Below are positions 45,101-57,100 of a stretch of DNA of 63,852 nt, one piece after another. Each line of letters begins with the position of its first letter. Within the stretch, counting starts at the first letter, position 1. Under the pieces are notes generated by a model. It worked only from the letters and a program-made list of their open reading frames with translations. It was not told where the DNA came from and did no database searches. Source of the DNA: Schmidtea polychroa (Eukaryota); contig CM097885.1 of the NCBI GenBank assembly GCA_044892525.1, positions 247,256,001 through 247,319,852 of the forward strand, given 5' to 3'. Position numbers and translations under genes: made by a program.

Positions 45101-48100
45101 TTTTGGAGAGTCTTGTAGATCTTTGCCAGATTTTAATACTTTCGATATATCGCCATTTTCCAATTTGACTTTCAATTCTGCAACTAGAACCTTTGTAGCA
45201 TTGTCTACGAAAATATTGACCTCATTGATTGCTGCTGTCTGTGTTTCTAAAAATGAATTTTATTGAATAATTTAATATTTTCAAAATGAGATTTGAATTT
45301 ACCATTTTTAGTCGGATTTACTTCAAAAACAACTACTGATCCAGTAATGGTTAAACCTTTGGTCGTTCCAAGTTGTTCATTTGACTCTGTAGGTAGTGGT
45401 TTATTATCGACAGTAATTGTGATGTCAGATGGTTGAATAGTCTAATATAAGTACGAGAAGTTAAAATCCACATGGAATATTAGAATTTAAGTTACATTTT
45501 TCTCTGTCATTCCGTCTTTAATTAAACATGGTATTGGAGTTGTTGTTGTTTGTGTTGGTGTTGTTGTAGCTGATGTTGTGGTTGCAGATGTCGTAGTTGT
45601 TGATAGTGAAGTTGTTACTTCTTTCGGAGTAAAGCAACCAATGACCTCTAAGCGAACAACTATTGTTGGATTGGAGTCATCGCTAAATGAGACAAGAGTT
45701 ATAAATTTGTTTAGGAAATCAAATAATTTGATTGAAATTTTGAAACATTATATAAATTTTGAAAACTGTTATTTAACTCAAACTTACGGGTTTCGAGTAG
45801 TTGTAATAGTAATTTCTATACTGTCGATTTTAGATCCTGGATTTACTTTTGGAGAATTCAAGTAATCCAATAATTTTGGAGAGTCTTGTAGATCTTTGCC
45901 AGATTTTAATACTTTCGATATATCGCCATTTTCCAATTTGACTTTCAATTCTGCAACTAGAACCTTTGTAGCATTGTCTACGAAAATATTGACCTCATTG
46001 ATTGCTGCTGTCTGTGTTTCTAAAAATGAATTTTATTGAATAATTTAATATTTTCAAAATGAGATTTGAATTTACCATTTTTAGTCGGATTTACTTCAAA
46101 AACAACTACTGAACCAGTAATGGTTAAACCTTTGGTCGTTCCAAGTTGTTCATTTGACTCTGTAGGTAGTGGTTTATTATCGACAGTAATTGTGATGTCA
46201 GATGGTTGAATAGTCTAATATAAGTACGAGAAGTTAAAATCCACATGGAATATTAGAATTTAAGTTACATTTTTCTCTGTCATTCCGTCTTTAATTAAAC
46301 ATGGTATTGGAGTTGTTGTTGTTGTCGGTGTTATCGTTGTTATTGTTTGTGTTGGTGTTGTTGTAGCTGATGTTGTGGTTGCAGATGTCGTAGTTGTTGA
46401 TAGTGAAGTTGTTACTTCTTTCGGAGTAAAGCAACCAATGACCTCTAAGCGAACAACTATTGTTGGATTGGAGTCATCGCTAAATGAGACAAGAGTTATA
46501 AATTTGTTTAGGAAATCAAATAATTTGATTGAAATTTTGAAACATTAAATAAATTTTGAAAACTGTAATTTAACTCAAACTTACGGGTTTCGAGTAGTTG
46601 TAATAGTAATTTCTATACTGTCGATTTTAGATCCTGGATTTACTTTTGGAGAATTCAAGTAATCCAATAATTTTGGAGAGTCTTGTAGATCTTTGCCAGA
46701 TTTTAATACTTTCGATATATCGCCATTTTCCAATTTGACTTTCAATTCTGCAACTAGAACCTTTGTAGCATTGTCTACGAAAATATTGACCTCATTGATT
46801 GCTGCTGTCTGTGTTTCTAAAAATGAATTTTATTGAATAATTTAATATTTTCAAAATGAGATTTGAATTTACCATTTTTAGTCGGATTTACTTCAAAAAC
46901 AACTACTGAACCAGTAATGGTTAAACCTTTGGTCGTTCCAAGTTGTTCATTTGACTCTGTAGGTAGTGGTTTATTATCGACAGTAATTGTGATGTCAGAT
47001 GGTTGAATAGTCTAATATAAGTACGAGAAGTTAAAATCCACATGGAATATTAGAATTTAAGTTACATTTTTCTCTGTCATTCCGTCTTTAATTAAACATG
47101 GTATTGGAGTTGTTGTTGTTGTCGGTGTTATCGTTGTTATTGTTTGTGTTGGTGTTGTTGTAGCTGATGTTGTGGTTGCAGATGTCGTAGTTGTTGATAG
47201 TGAAGTTGTTACTTCTTTCGGAGTAAAGCAACCAATGACCTCTAAGCGAACAACTATTGTTGGATTGGAGTCATCGCTAAATGAGACAAGAGTTATAAAT
47301 TTGTTTAGGAAATCAAATAATTTGATTGAAATTTTGAAACATTAAATAAATTTTGAAAACTGTAATTTAACTCAAACTTACGGGTTTCGAGTAGTTGTAA
47401 TAGTAATTTCTATACTGTCGATTTTAGATCCTGGATTTACTTTTGGAGAATTCAAGTAATCCAATAATTTTGGAGAGTCTTGTAGATCTTTGCCAGATTT
47501 TAATACTTTCGATATATCGCCATTTTCCAATTTGACTTTCAATTCTGCAACTAGAACCTTTGTAGCATTGTCTACGAAAATATTGACCTCATTGATTGCT
47601 GCTGTCTGTGTTTCTAAAAATGAATTTTATTGAATAATTTAATATTTTCAAAATGAGATTTGAATTTACCATTTTTAGTCGGATTTACTTCAAAAACAAC
47701 TACTGAACCAGTAATGGTTAAACCTTTGGTCGTTCCAAGTTGTTCATTTGACTCTGTAGGTAGTGGTTTATTATCGACAGTAATTGTGATGTCAGATGGT
47801 TGAATAGTCTAATATAAGTACGAGAAGTTAAAATCCACATGGAATATTAGAATTTAAGTTACATTTTTCTCTATCATTCCGTCTTTAATTAAACATGGTA
47901 TTGGAGTTGTTGTTGTTTGTGTTGGTGTTGTTGTAGCTGATGTTGTGGTTGCAGATGTCGTAGTTGTTGATAGTGAAGTTGTTACTTCTTTCGGAGTAAA
48001 GCAACCAATGACCTCTAAGCGAACAACTATTGTTGGATTGGAGTCATCGCTAAATGAGACAAGAGTTATAAATTTGTTTAGGAAATCAAATAATTTGATT

Positions 48101-51100
48101 GAAATTTTGAAACATTATATAAATTCTGAAAACTGTTATTTAACTCAAACTTACGGGTTTCGAGTAGTTGTAATAGTAATTTCTATACTGTCGATTTTAG
48201 ATCCTGGATTTACTTTTGGAGAATTCAAGTAATCCAATAATTTTGGAGAGTCTTGTAGATCTTTGCCAGATTTTAATACTTTCGATATATCGCCATTTTC
48301 CAATTTGACTTTCAATTCTGCAACTAGAACCTTTGTAGCATTGTCTACGAAAATATTGACCTCATTGATTGCTGCTGTCTGTGTTTCTAAAAATGAATTT
48401 TATTGAATAATTTAATATTTTCAAAATGAGATTTGAATTTACCATTTTTAGTCGGATTTACTTCAAAAACAACTACTGAACCAGTAATGGTTAAACCTTT
48501 GGTCGTTCCAAGTTGTTCATTTGACTCTGTAGGTAGTGGTTTATTATCGACAGTAATTGTGATGTCAGATGGTTGAATAGTCTAATATAAGTACGAGAAG
48601 TTAAAATCCACATGGAATATTAGAATTTAAGTTACATTTTTCTCTGTCATTCCGTCTTTAATTAAACATGGTATTGGAGTTGTTGTTGTTTGTGTTGGTG
48701 TTGTTGTAGCTGATGTTGTGGTTGCAGATGTCGTAGTTGTTGATAGTGAAGTTGTTACTTCTTTCGGAGTAAAGCAACCAATGACCTCTAAGCGAACAAC
48801 TATTGTTGGATTGGAGTCATCGCTAAATGAGACAAGAGTTATAAATTTGTTTAGGAAATCAAATAATTTGATTGAAATTTTGAAACATTATATAAATTTT
48901 GAAAACTGTTATTTAACTCAAACTTACGGGTTTCGAGTAGTTGTAATAGTAATTTCTATACTGTCGATTTTAGATCCTGGATTTACTTTTGGAGAATTCA
49001 AGTAATCCAATAATTTTGGAGAGTCTTGTAGATCTTTGCCAGATTTTAATACTTTCGATATATCGCCATTTTCCAATTTGACTTTCAATTCTGCAACTAG
49101 AACCTTTGTAGCATTGTCTACGAAAATATTGACCTCATTGATTGCTGCTGTCTGTGTTTCTAAAAATGAATTTTATTGAATAATTTAATATTTTCAAAAT
49201 GAGATTTGAATTTACCATTTTTAGTCGGATTTACTTCAAAAACAACTACTGAACCAGTAATGGTTAAACCTTTGGTCGTTCCAAGTTGTTCATTTGACTC
49301 TGTAGGTAGTGGTTTATTATCGACAGTAATTGTGATGTCAGATGGTTGAATAGTCTAATATAAGTACGAGAAGTTAAAATCCACATGGAATATTAGAATT
49401 TAAGTTACATTTTTCTCTGTCATTCCGTCTTTAATTAAACATGGTATTGGAGTTGTTGTTGTTGTTGTCGGTGTTATCGTTGTTATTGTTTGTGTTGGTG
49501 TTGTTGCTTCTGATGTTGTGGAAGCAGCTGTTGTTATAGTTGTTGATCGCGAAATTGTAAATTGACTCGTTTCTATTGTTTTTATTGGTGTAGTGGTTTC
49601 ATTAGTTGTTATTGATATTGTACTTGTAAATATTTCGCAATTCTTTTCATCAAAGGCGTTCACACAGTCGTTTACTCCGTTACATTGTTTTGTTCCGGTA
49701 ATGCATTGGCAGATTCTTTCAGTCGTCGTCGTTTTGTCATTTTCACATAATATCATCTCAGGTTCTTTGCATAAACATTCTATATTTTCCATTTATATAT
49801 TTTTTAACAATAATAACAAAATTTACCGCATCCGTGTTCGTCACTTCCGTCTCCGCAATCATCTTGTCCGTCACATTTGTTTGTTAATGTTATACAATTT
49901 TGGCTATTATTACATTTGAATTCTGTTATCTCGCATTCTGAATTTTCTATTATTTATTTTTTTAATATTAGCTATTTACTTTTGCAGTTTTCCTCGTCTG
50001 ATTTGTCGTTTACCCCGCAGTCATATATTCCATTGCATTTTTTGTTTTCTTCTATACAAATATTTGAATCTTTACACATACTTTGGTGTGGTAAGCATCC
50101 TAAATGTATAAATTTCTGTAAATTTTAATTTTCTATATTTTTTTCCATATTTATATAAAGTTTTTGAATTGTGTTATGTAGAAAAAGTCTTCTCTTTTTT
50201 TTGGTAAAAATTGAATTGTTATTAAAAGTCGCTCTTAAAAATCAGGGTTTTTTGATTTGATGAATCTTTTTATTCCGGTGAAATTCAGTTCTGATTTCGT
50301 AAATTAAGATATTGTTGCAATAATCAGGATAATTCAGTGTAGTGCCCCTGTCTAGCACTTTTATTAATTTAATCATTGAACTAAAAATATATTGGATTAA
50401 TTAAATTAAAATTAAAAACAATTGTTTAAATAATCTTTTAATTTCACTTTTTACATAAATCATTATAAAATTCAATTAAAAAAAATCATCAAATTCAAAC
50501 ATGTCTAACAAAGTAACTGAAGTTGTCACTGAAGTCAAACAAGTTGAAGAAGTTGATCATCAAATCGATTCAAAATCAATGGATCAAATATGGCAGAAAT
50601 ACAGAAAACAGAAACCTTCATCGTATTCACAATGATATCTCTAGTGATATTCAAGTTCTTCGACAATGTTAATAACAATAAATTATTTGTTCAAGTTAAT
50701 TGTATGTCTCTACATTCAGGATATTCCATTGCTCATAAATCATTGGACTGTTTAAATTTCAAGTTATTATTTTTACCTAAAAACCAACTTCACATATTCA
50801 ACTTTATGATATGGGCATATTAAAAACTTTCAAAACTTATTATGTAAATGCACTCATAAATTATTTTCTTAATGATTGTGAATCATCGAATTTTCTTGAA
50901 AAATTTAATATACGCCAAGCTATTGTTATAATTTCAGAACTTAGGAAATGTTAAGGGTTGAAACTATCAGAATTAATGAATATTGTAAATCATACCTTGC
51001 TGACATTAGAAAGGATAAAGTTGAAGAAAATATCAATGAAGTAATAGAAGAAACACTTGAAAATCTTGATGGGATTTAAAACATTCAATTTTACAATGAT

Positions 51101-54100
51101 GAAGATATTATAAATGATGTTGAAACTTCAGATGTTTTAAAATAATTTGAAAAATTAGAGTAAAATGTTAGAATATTTAGTTCAGTTTCTTTGAAAGAAT
51201 TTTATGCATTCAGAAAAAAACTTTTGAATGATTTTAGAATAGCTCGTGAAATCAAAATTATCGATTTTTTGATTAAAAAAAAATCTTTTTATCATGAAAC
51301 TTATTTTACATCTAAAGTTCTTATTCAATGTTTCGTCAAAAATGATGTCCCAAACCGGTGTCCAAATGTATTACTATATTCAATTGTAGTTATTTTTTCA
51401 GTTAGCAGACTTTGCCTTTTTAACATTCTTTAATTTAATCCATATTTATAAATTTTTATGTTCATTGTTAATGATAATTTAATAATTATTTTTTTCGCGT
51501 TATTGTTTATTGTAAAAATATATTTCTAATTTGTTATCTTTGCTTTCTTTGATGGGTAACGGTACCATTCAACTTTTAAAGATTTTACTAATTTTTTATG
51601 AATGCTTTCGTTTTCTTAAAATTTATAAAAACTTACCACAATCTTTTTCGTCGGAATTATCTTCGCAGTTCTGAGTTCTATCGCACTTTTTTGTCATTGG
51701 TATGCAAACTCCATTGGAAATGCATTGAAATTGTTGAAGATCACACTCATCTTAATTATATTTATTTTTAATAATTAAATGATTTTTAAACTTTATTTTA
51801 AAATTTTTTTATAATTTTGATAATACCAGTAGAACATGTGAGAAAATCTGATCTGTATAATAGTTATTGTTCCTTCAGAAAGTTTTTTGAAAAGACTTTA
51901 TTTATGAATTGCAGTAATAACATGATAAATTAATAATAGTAGAAATCGAGATTATTTTTACAAATGGAATGCAGTTGTTGACGCCGTTAGAAAGGGAATG
52001 GAAGTAACTATAGTATACGGATGCAAAAAATAATGCCTCTACATGTTCATCTGAATAGTTCACTCTCTAGGATTACTGTTTCCAAGGGTAATTTTGAAAT
52101 TAATTTTTGAGTCCCTTAAACTATAGCTCAACCAGAGAATGTTTAAGATTGGTTCTGATGGTGCTCGAAAATTATACTAATTCAAAGTATTCACTCGAAT
52201 GATTGAAATACATGCGTTGTAACTGTCAATGAAATAGATTATGGTTAATTCCCGTTAAACTGATGGCCTTTTTATATTTAAATTTTAGCTTTAGATAATT
52301 AGTTATTTTTAATTTTCAATCAACACCTGATTAATAAAATTATTTAAGGTGATTACTGTTGTAAGTAATATATTTTGATGTTTTGATTGAATTTTTAGCA
52401 ATTATTATATCTGTCAGTCGGTTATTTATTTATATGTAAATAATAATAAGTTATTTATCTAATAATAATAAATTATAAAACTTCATCAAATATTGGTATT
52501 ATATCTATTGATTAAATCGTTAATAAACCATGCAAAATCTATATTTATAATTTTATGAGTCATATGACAGACATCGATTCGCTTATCTTTCACTTGTGGA
52601 CAGGCCCGGTTTTAGGCATAGGCGACGTCGGCAGCAGCCTAGGGCGCCGATTTACAAGCGGGCGCCAAATAGTTCTGCTTTTTTTATCAAGTAAATTAAA
52701 TATTTTATAAACTTTCTATCTTTATATTGATATATACATATGTATGAATTTGTATATATATATATATATATATTATATCTACAATGTCACAAGAACGGCT
52801 TGTGGGATTAGCAATATTGTCGATTGAACACGAAATGGCGCGTGATATAGATACGAAGTTGCTGCTTGAAGATTTCGCTAAACTAAAAGCACGAAAAATT
52901 AAATTTTAAATGGTTTTTGTTTTTATATATATTTTTGTGTAATAAATAAATGAAGTATAGTTATTTTATTTTCATTTACTTCTTTAATTATTGGGTTTGT
53001 TTCTAGACTAGAGGCGCCATTTTTTTAGTTTGCCTAGGGCGCCAAATACTCTAGCGTCGGGCCTGCTTGTGGAGATGTTATTATTTCTGATCAACTTTAT
53101 ACTTTTTATTGATTGAAATATTAACTATGTGTGATAAATGATTTCCAGTATTAGGCGTAATTTTTATTACTAAAAAGTTAATAATCTTACTAATACCTGT
53201 GATTGTCTAACAATTTGGATAGCAAATATTACTTTTTTTGGATTTTTTTCTAATACAAATTATTTAGTCTTACTAATATTTTGATGTTATTTCCATTTAT
53301 ATTTCTATCTTGATTTATGAAAGTATTATGTGATTCGTAGTTTTCAATATATAGTTTTCCACTAAATAAATTTTAAATAAAAATTTCTCAGTAAAACTGA
53401 TTAATTATTAGCCATTATTTACCAAAGAATAATTTAGTTTTATCAAAAGAGCATGGTCAGTCACAAATGATTTAGAACCACTGATTTAAGATTGCATTAC
53501 CTAACCAATTAATGATAATAGATAACCAATAATCCTTTCAACTCTTGAATTTATTTTGCATGACATACCTGTAACTCCAGCATACTTATTACAATTTCAA
53601 TTAAAAATGGTAGATTTAAGACAAGATAAATAAAAACGAAACAGGTGTCATGCAAATGTGCATTCAAAACACTATATATATATATTTAATTTAAGTAATT
53701 TATTTAAACAAAAATAACAACAGTCGATGACTATTCATAAGTTTTATAGCTTATAAATAGCGCCGACATAGTCACCAACGGAGTGCAAAAGGTTAATTAT
53801 ATCTTGAATAACAAATGCAACCTTTAGATTCATGATGTTTTTTAACATAATGAATCAAAGATACTTCTGTTATTTTGTCTGTCCACATATTATCATTATA
53901 TAAAAACAAAATTTACTGCAGTTTTTCTCATCTTCTGAATTTGAACAATCAGTAATTTTATCGCATATCTTGCTAGATTCAATGCATTTTCCATCGTCAC
54001 AACGAAATTGACTTGGTGTACATGTTGTTATGCATTCACTGTCATCTTCAGTGCAATTGAATTGAGCTTGTACACATTGACTGTAAATTTTATTCAGTTG

Positions 54101-57100
54101 AAATATTTGAATTTTATTGAAATGATAAAAATATACCATTTTTTACAATTTTCCATTTTAATAATAGCTCCATTCACATAACTTTGACCGTTATAGTAAC
54201 AGGGACAGGTAGTTGGTGGAATACATTCGCCGTTAAGATCTATCATCCCATTGGGACATGTACAACCTTCAACACAATGGCTTGTACTACAGTGTGAAGG
54301 TGCATTAGAACCAATCGTATCACACGTTTGCGGGCACGGAGATGCGCAAGCATTGTAATGCTTTCCACCTTCGCACATTATAGCTGATTTAGAAATAAGT
54401 ATCACATATTAGCCTACATAATATAAAATATATTTACGGCACAAGTTTTGAGTTCTCCATTTAACAGGAATTCCGAGAAACGCACATTGGGTTGCAAATG
54501 TTGCTAGAGAGGTGCAAAGACATTCGCAATCACCTCCACGATTGCATCCGCATGCATCATACAAACAATTACTGTAGTACCTGTTAACGTCTTGATGCAT
54601 TGCCTCAATGCAGGAACTAAAAACACCGTTTGTATCTTTCATTATACCACACATTTGTTCCGCCCAGCTTTTTCTATCAGGATTCTATTAAAAAATATAA
54701 TTGTGTAATTGATTTAAGAGTAAATTAAAAATAATTACGGCATTGCACATATCTTGCTCTTTTGATGAAGCTACGTTGTTTTCAGGAGAAATTTCATAAG
54801 GACAAATATCTGCATTGGCGATAAAAGATTCTGCGAATTGTATTGCATCTTCATATTTCATTGTTCCATGCATATATTCATTTTGAGAATCTCCGTCATA
54901 ATTTCCACAAAGACCTTGTACATTACCTTGAAATGAAGGTTTCAAAAACAGATAAACTCGCGTGCCTTAAATGAAGATAAAATAATCTAATTGACTGACA
55001 ATTATTACTTCTGTCCCATAGTACTCGTAAACCGATCGTATCACTAACAAGTTGGGTGAAGAATGTTAGTTGTTCTATAACTACGTCGTATTTTGGGAAC
55101 AACGGAAGGGTATCATTATTTCCTCTTGATAATAGATAGGTTTGACCTCCAATTACGATTTGTACAAATTTAGCACATGTTGCCTGATAAAAATATATAT
55201 TACAATCAAAATCAAGTTATTCAAATCAAATAATAATACAATTCATGCGTTTTCAGAACGAAATCTGAATAATAAAATGTACGTGGTATTTGTAATGACA
55301 TAAAAAGTTATAATAACACGGAATATATTAACGACTTTACCAGTGACAAATTAGTCATTTGAAGCCCTGGCAGTTTTCATGCGCCCCTGATGACTGAGGA
55401 TAATTTTTAATATAATGAATTTGAAATTAAATTCCCCCAACCCATTAGTGTGTTATTAAGTACGCTTATTTATTAAATATTTTCAATTTTTTGGCGATAA
55501 TGGGCGGTATTTCATTTATTTTCATTTTGACACAGGATCAAAAATGTGTGTTGAATAGGATTAAGTCTTTGTTCTTTTGTCAAAATAAATATAATGAAAT
55601 ATCAAAAAGAAAACAAATCAAAGGTGACAAAGATATGAAAAAAATTACTGATAATATAGTCAGTTATGTCAAAATTTATGTCAAAATATATATATTGGTA
55701 TTCAGAAATATAAAGAAAAAGATAAAATTGAAATGGAATAATTTTGGAAAAGACAAAGGATTCTGCTGAGAATGATTAATATTTGAATGATTGAAAATGG
55801 TAAAATTGGGAATTTAATTTAATTCAGCATTGTCAAAAAATTACTTTCAAAATCAAGTAATTTGATTTAACCCCTTTTAGAACAAAGGCTGAAATTGGTT
55901 AATATATTAACCAGTTGCTTTAAGGTCTATATTTCTAATACCGCCCATATAAACATCAACTTTAATACATCAATACTTTGTCGACAACTCTCTTTGATTA
56001 ATTTATTGTTCTAACTACTTGAAGTTTGCGTTACAATGAAGAAGTCCAGCCATGTGAAAGATCTAAAAAGAACTGTATATGTATGTAAACAGAAACCATG
56101 TCATCTGCGCGGACGTCAATTGCGCGGGTCCAACTGCGCGGATGTCAATTGCGCGGGTCNNNNNNNNNNNNNNNNNNNNNNNNNNNNNNNNNNNNNNNNN
56201 NNNNNNNNNNNNNNNNNNNNNNNNNNNNNNNNNNNNNNNNNNNNNNNNNNNNNNNNNNNNNNNNNNNNNNNNNNNNNNNNNNNNNNNNNNNNNNNNNNNN
56301 NNNNNNNNNNNNNNNNNNNNNNNNNNNNNNNNNNNNNNNNNNNNNNNNNNNNNNNNACTCCGAGTCTATCCGACAAAATATTTTGTCCCCCTATGGGTAA
56401 TGCTCACAAGGGTACTGCTCACGCTCAACAACTCACAAGGGTATTATTAAACAATTGACTACCCGCGCAATTGGCGTCCGCGCAATTGGCGTCCGCGCAA
56501 TTGACGTGCTACGATGTAAACAGTGTAATTTGCCGTTGTGCACTTTATGTTTTGAACTTTTTCACAAGAATGGTTGTAAAAAAATATAATCAATACTTGT
56601 TTGAAATGTTTATATTTTTTGTAATAAAATTTTGTACAAAATCTCTTTTTTATTACATAAATTTATTTTCTAACATGGTGCTAAACAATCTTTGGTCAAT
56701 ATATTAACCGATGAAATCTTTGATTTTTCTGATGGACTATGAAATATTTTTATTTTTATTTTTCAAATTTATTTTATCTGGATAATGAATATTTTAAAAT
56801 ATATAAGTTAAAATTCAAATTCCAAAATAATTAATTTGTCCTACAAAGAGTTAACATTTATAATACGATAATTAAACAATTGTTATCCATTTTATAATGA
56901 ATTCAATGACATTGGTTGAAAATTGCTTAAAATTCCGTTTTTCAACCTTTTCCGATTGGTCGAACGGGATTCTTAATTTATCACCGCGCATTATCTGTTT
57001 TAGATTTTTATTTTTACTGATATTGACACTTGTAAATTGGTTTCATGGGAAAAATTAAACTACCGAAATATTTTTCTAATAAATTATTGCAGAAAATTAT

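Noticed and set aside
22879-49005. Repeated plus-strand 95-aa ORFs ([13 protein letters not shown]...) as a tandem gene family
   Set aside because: Antisense shadows running across a minus-strand exon, intron and exon. Four units carry stops in this frame at positions that are intronic on the minus strand, while the minus-strand frame stays intact.
22116-49506. CRISPR array, non-coding satellite or Dscam-like diversity cassette
   Set aside because: No repeat-spacer structure. Units are spliced coding cassettes and nearly identical, so they add length and valency rather than sequence diversity.
51827-51852. AG..GT-bounded 26-nt micro-exon (SDFLTCSTG in one frame) in intron 23
   Set aside because: Its length would break the phase 1-1 join between exons 23 and 24.
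53450-53800. Transposon-like ends: CAGTGGTTCT (hAT-Charlie-like, minus strand, ending 53483) and GCAAAAGGTTAA (piggyBac-like, about 53785-53797)
   Set aside because: No matching partner terminus or TSD found, so not supportable as elements.
55341-55860. ORF 55491..55769 and a GC-richer CAGTGAC...GCGCCCC patch in intron 18
   Set aside because: The ORF is low-complexity Lys/Ile-rich AT sequence with no motif, and no inverted terminus pairs with the patch.
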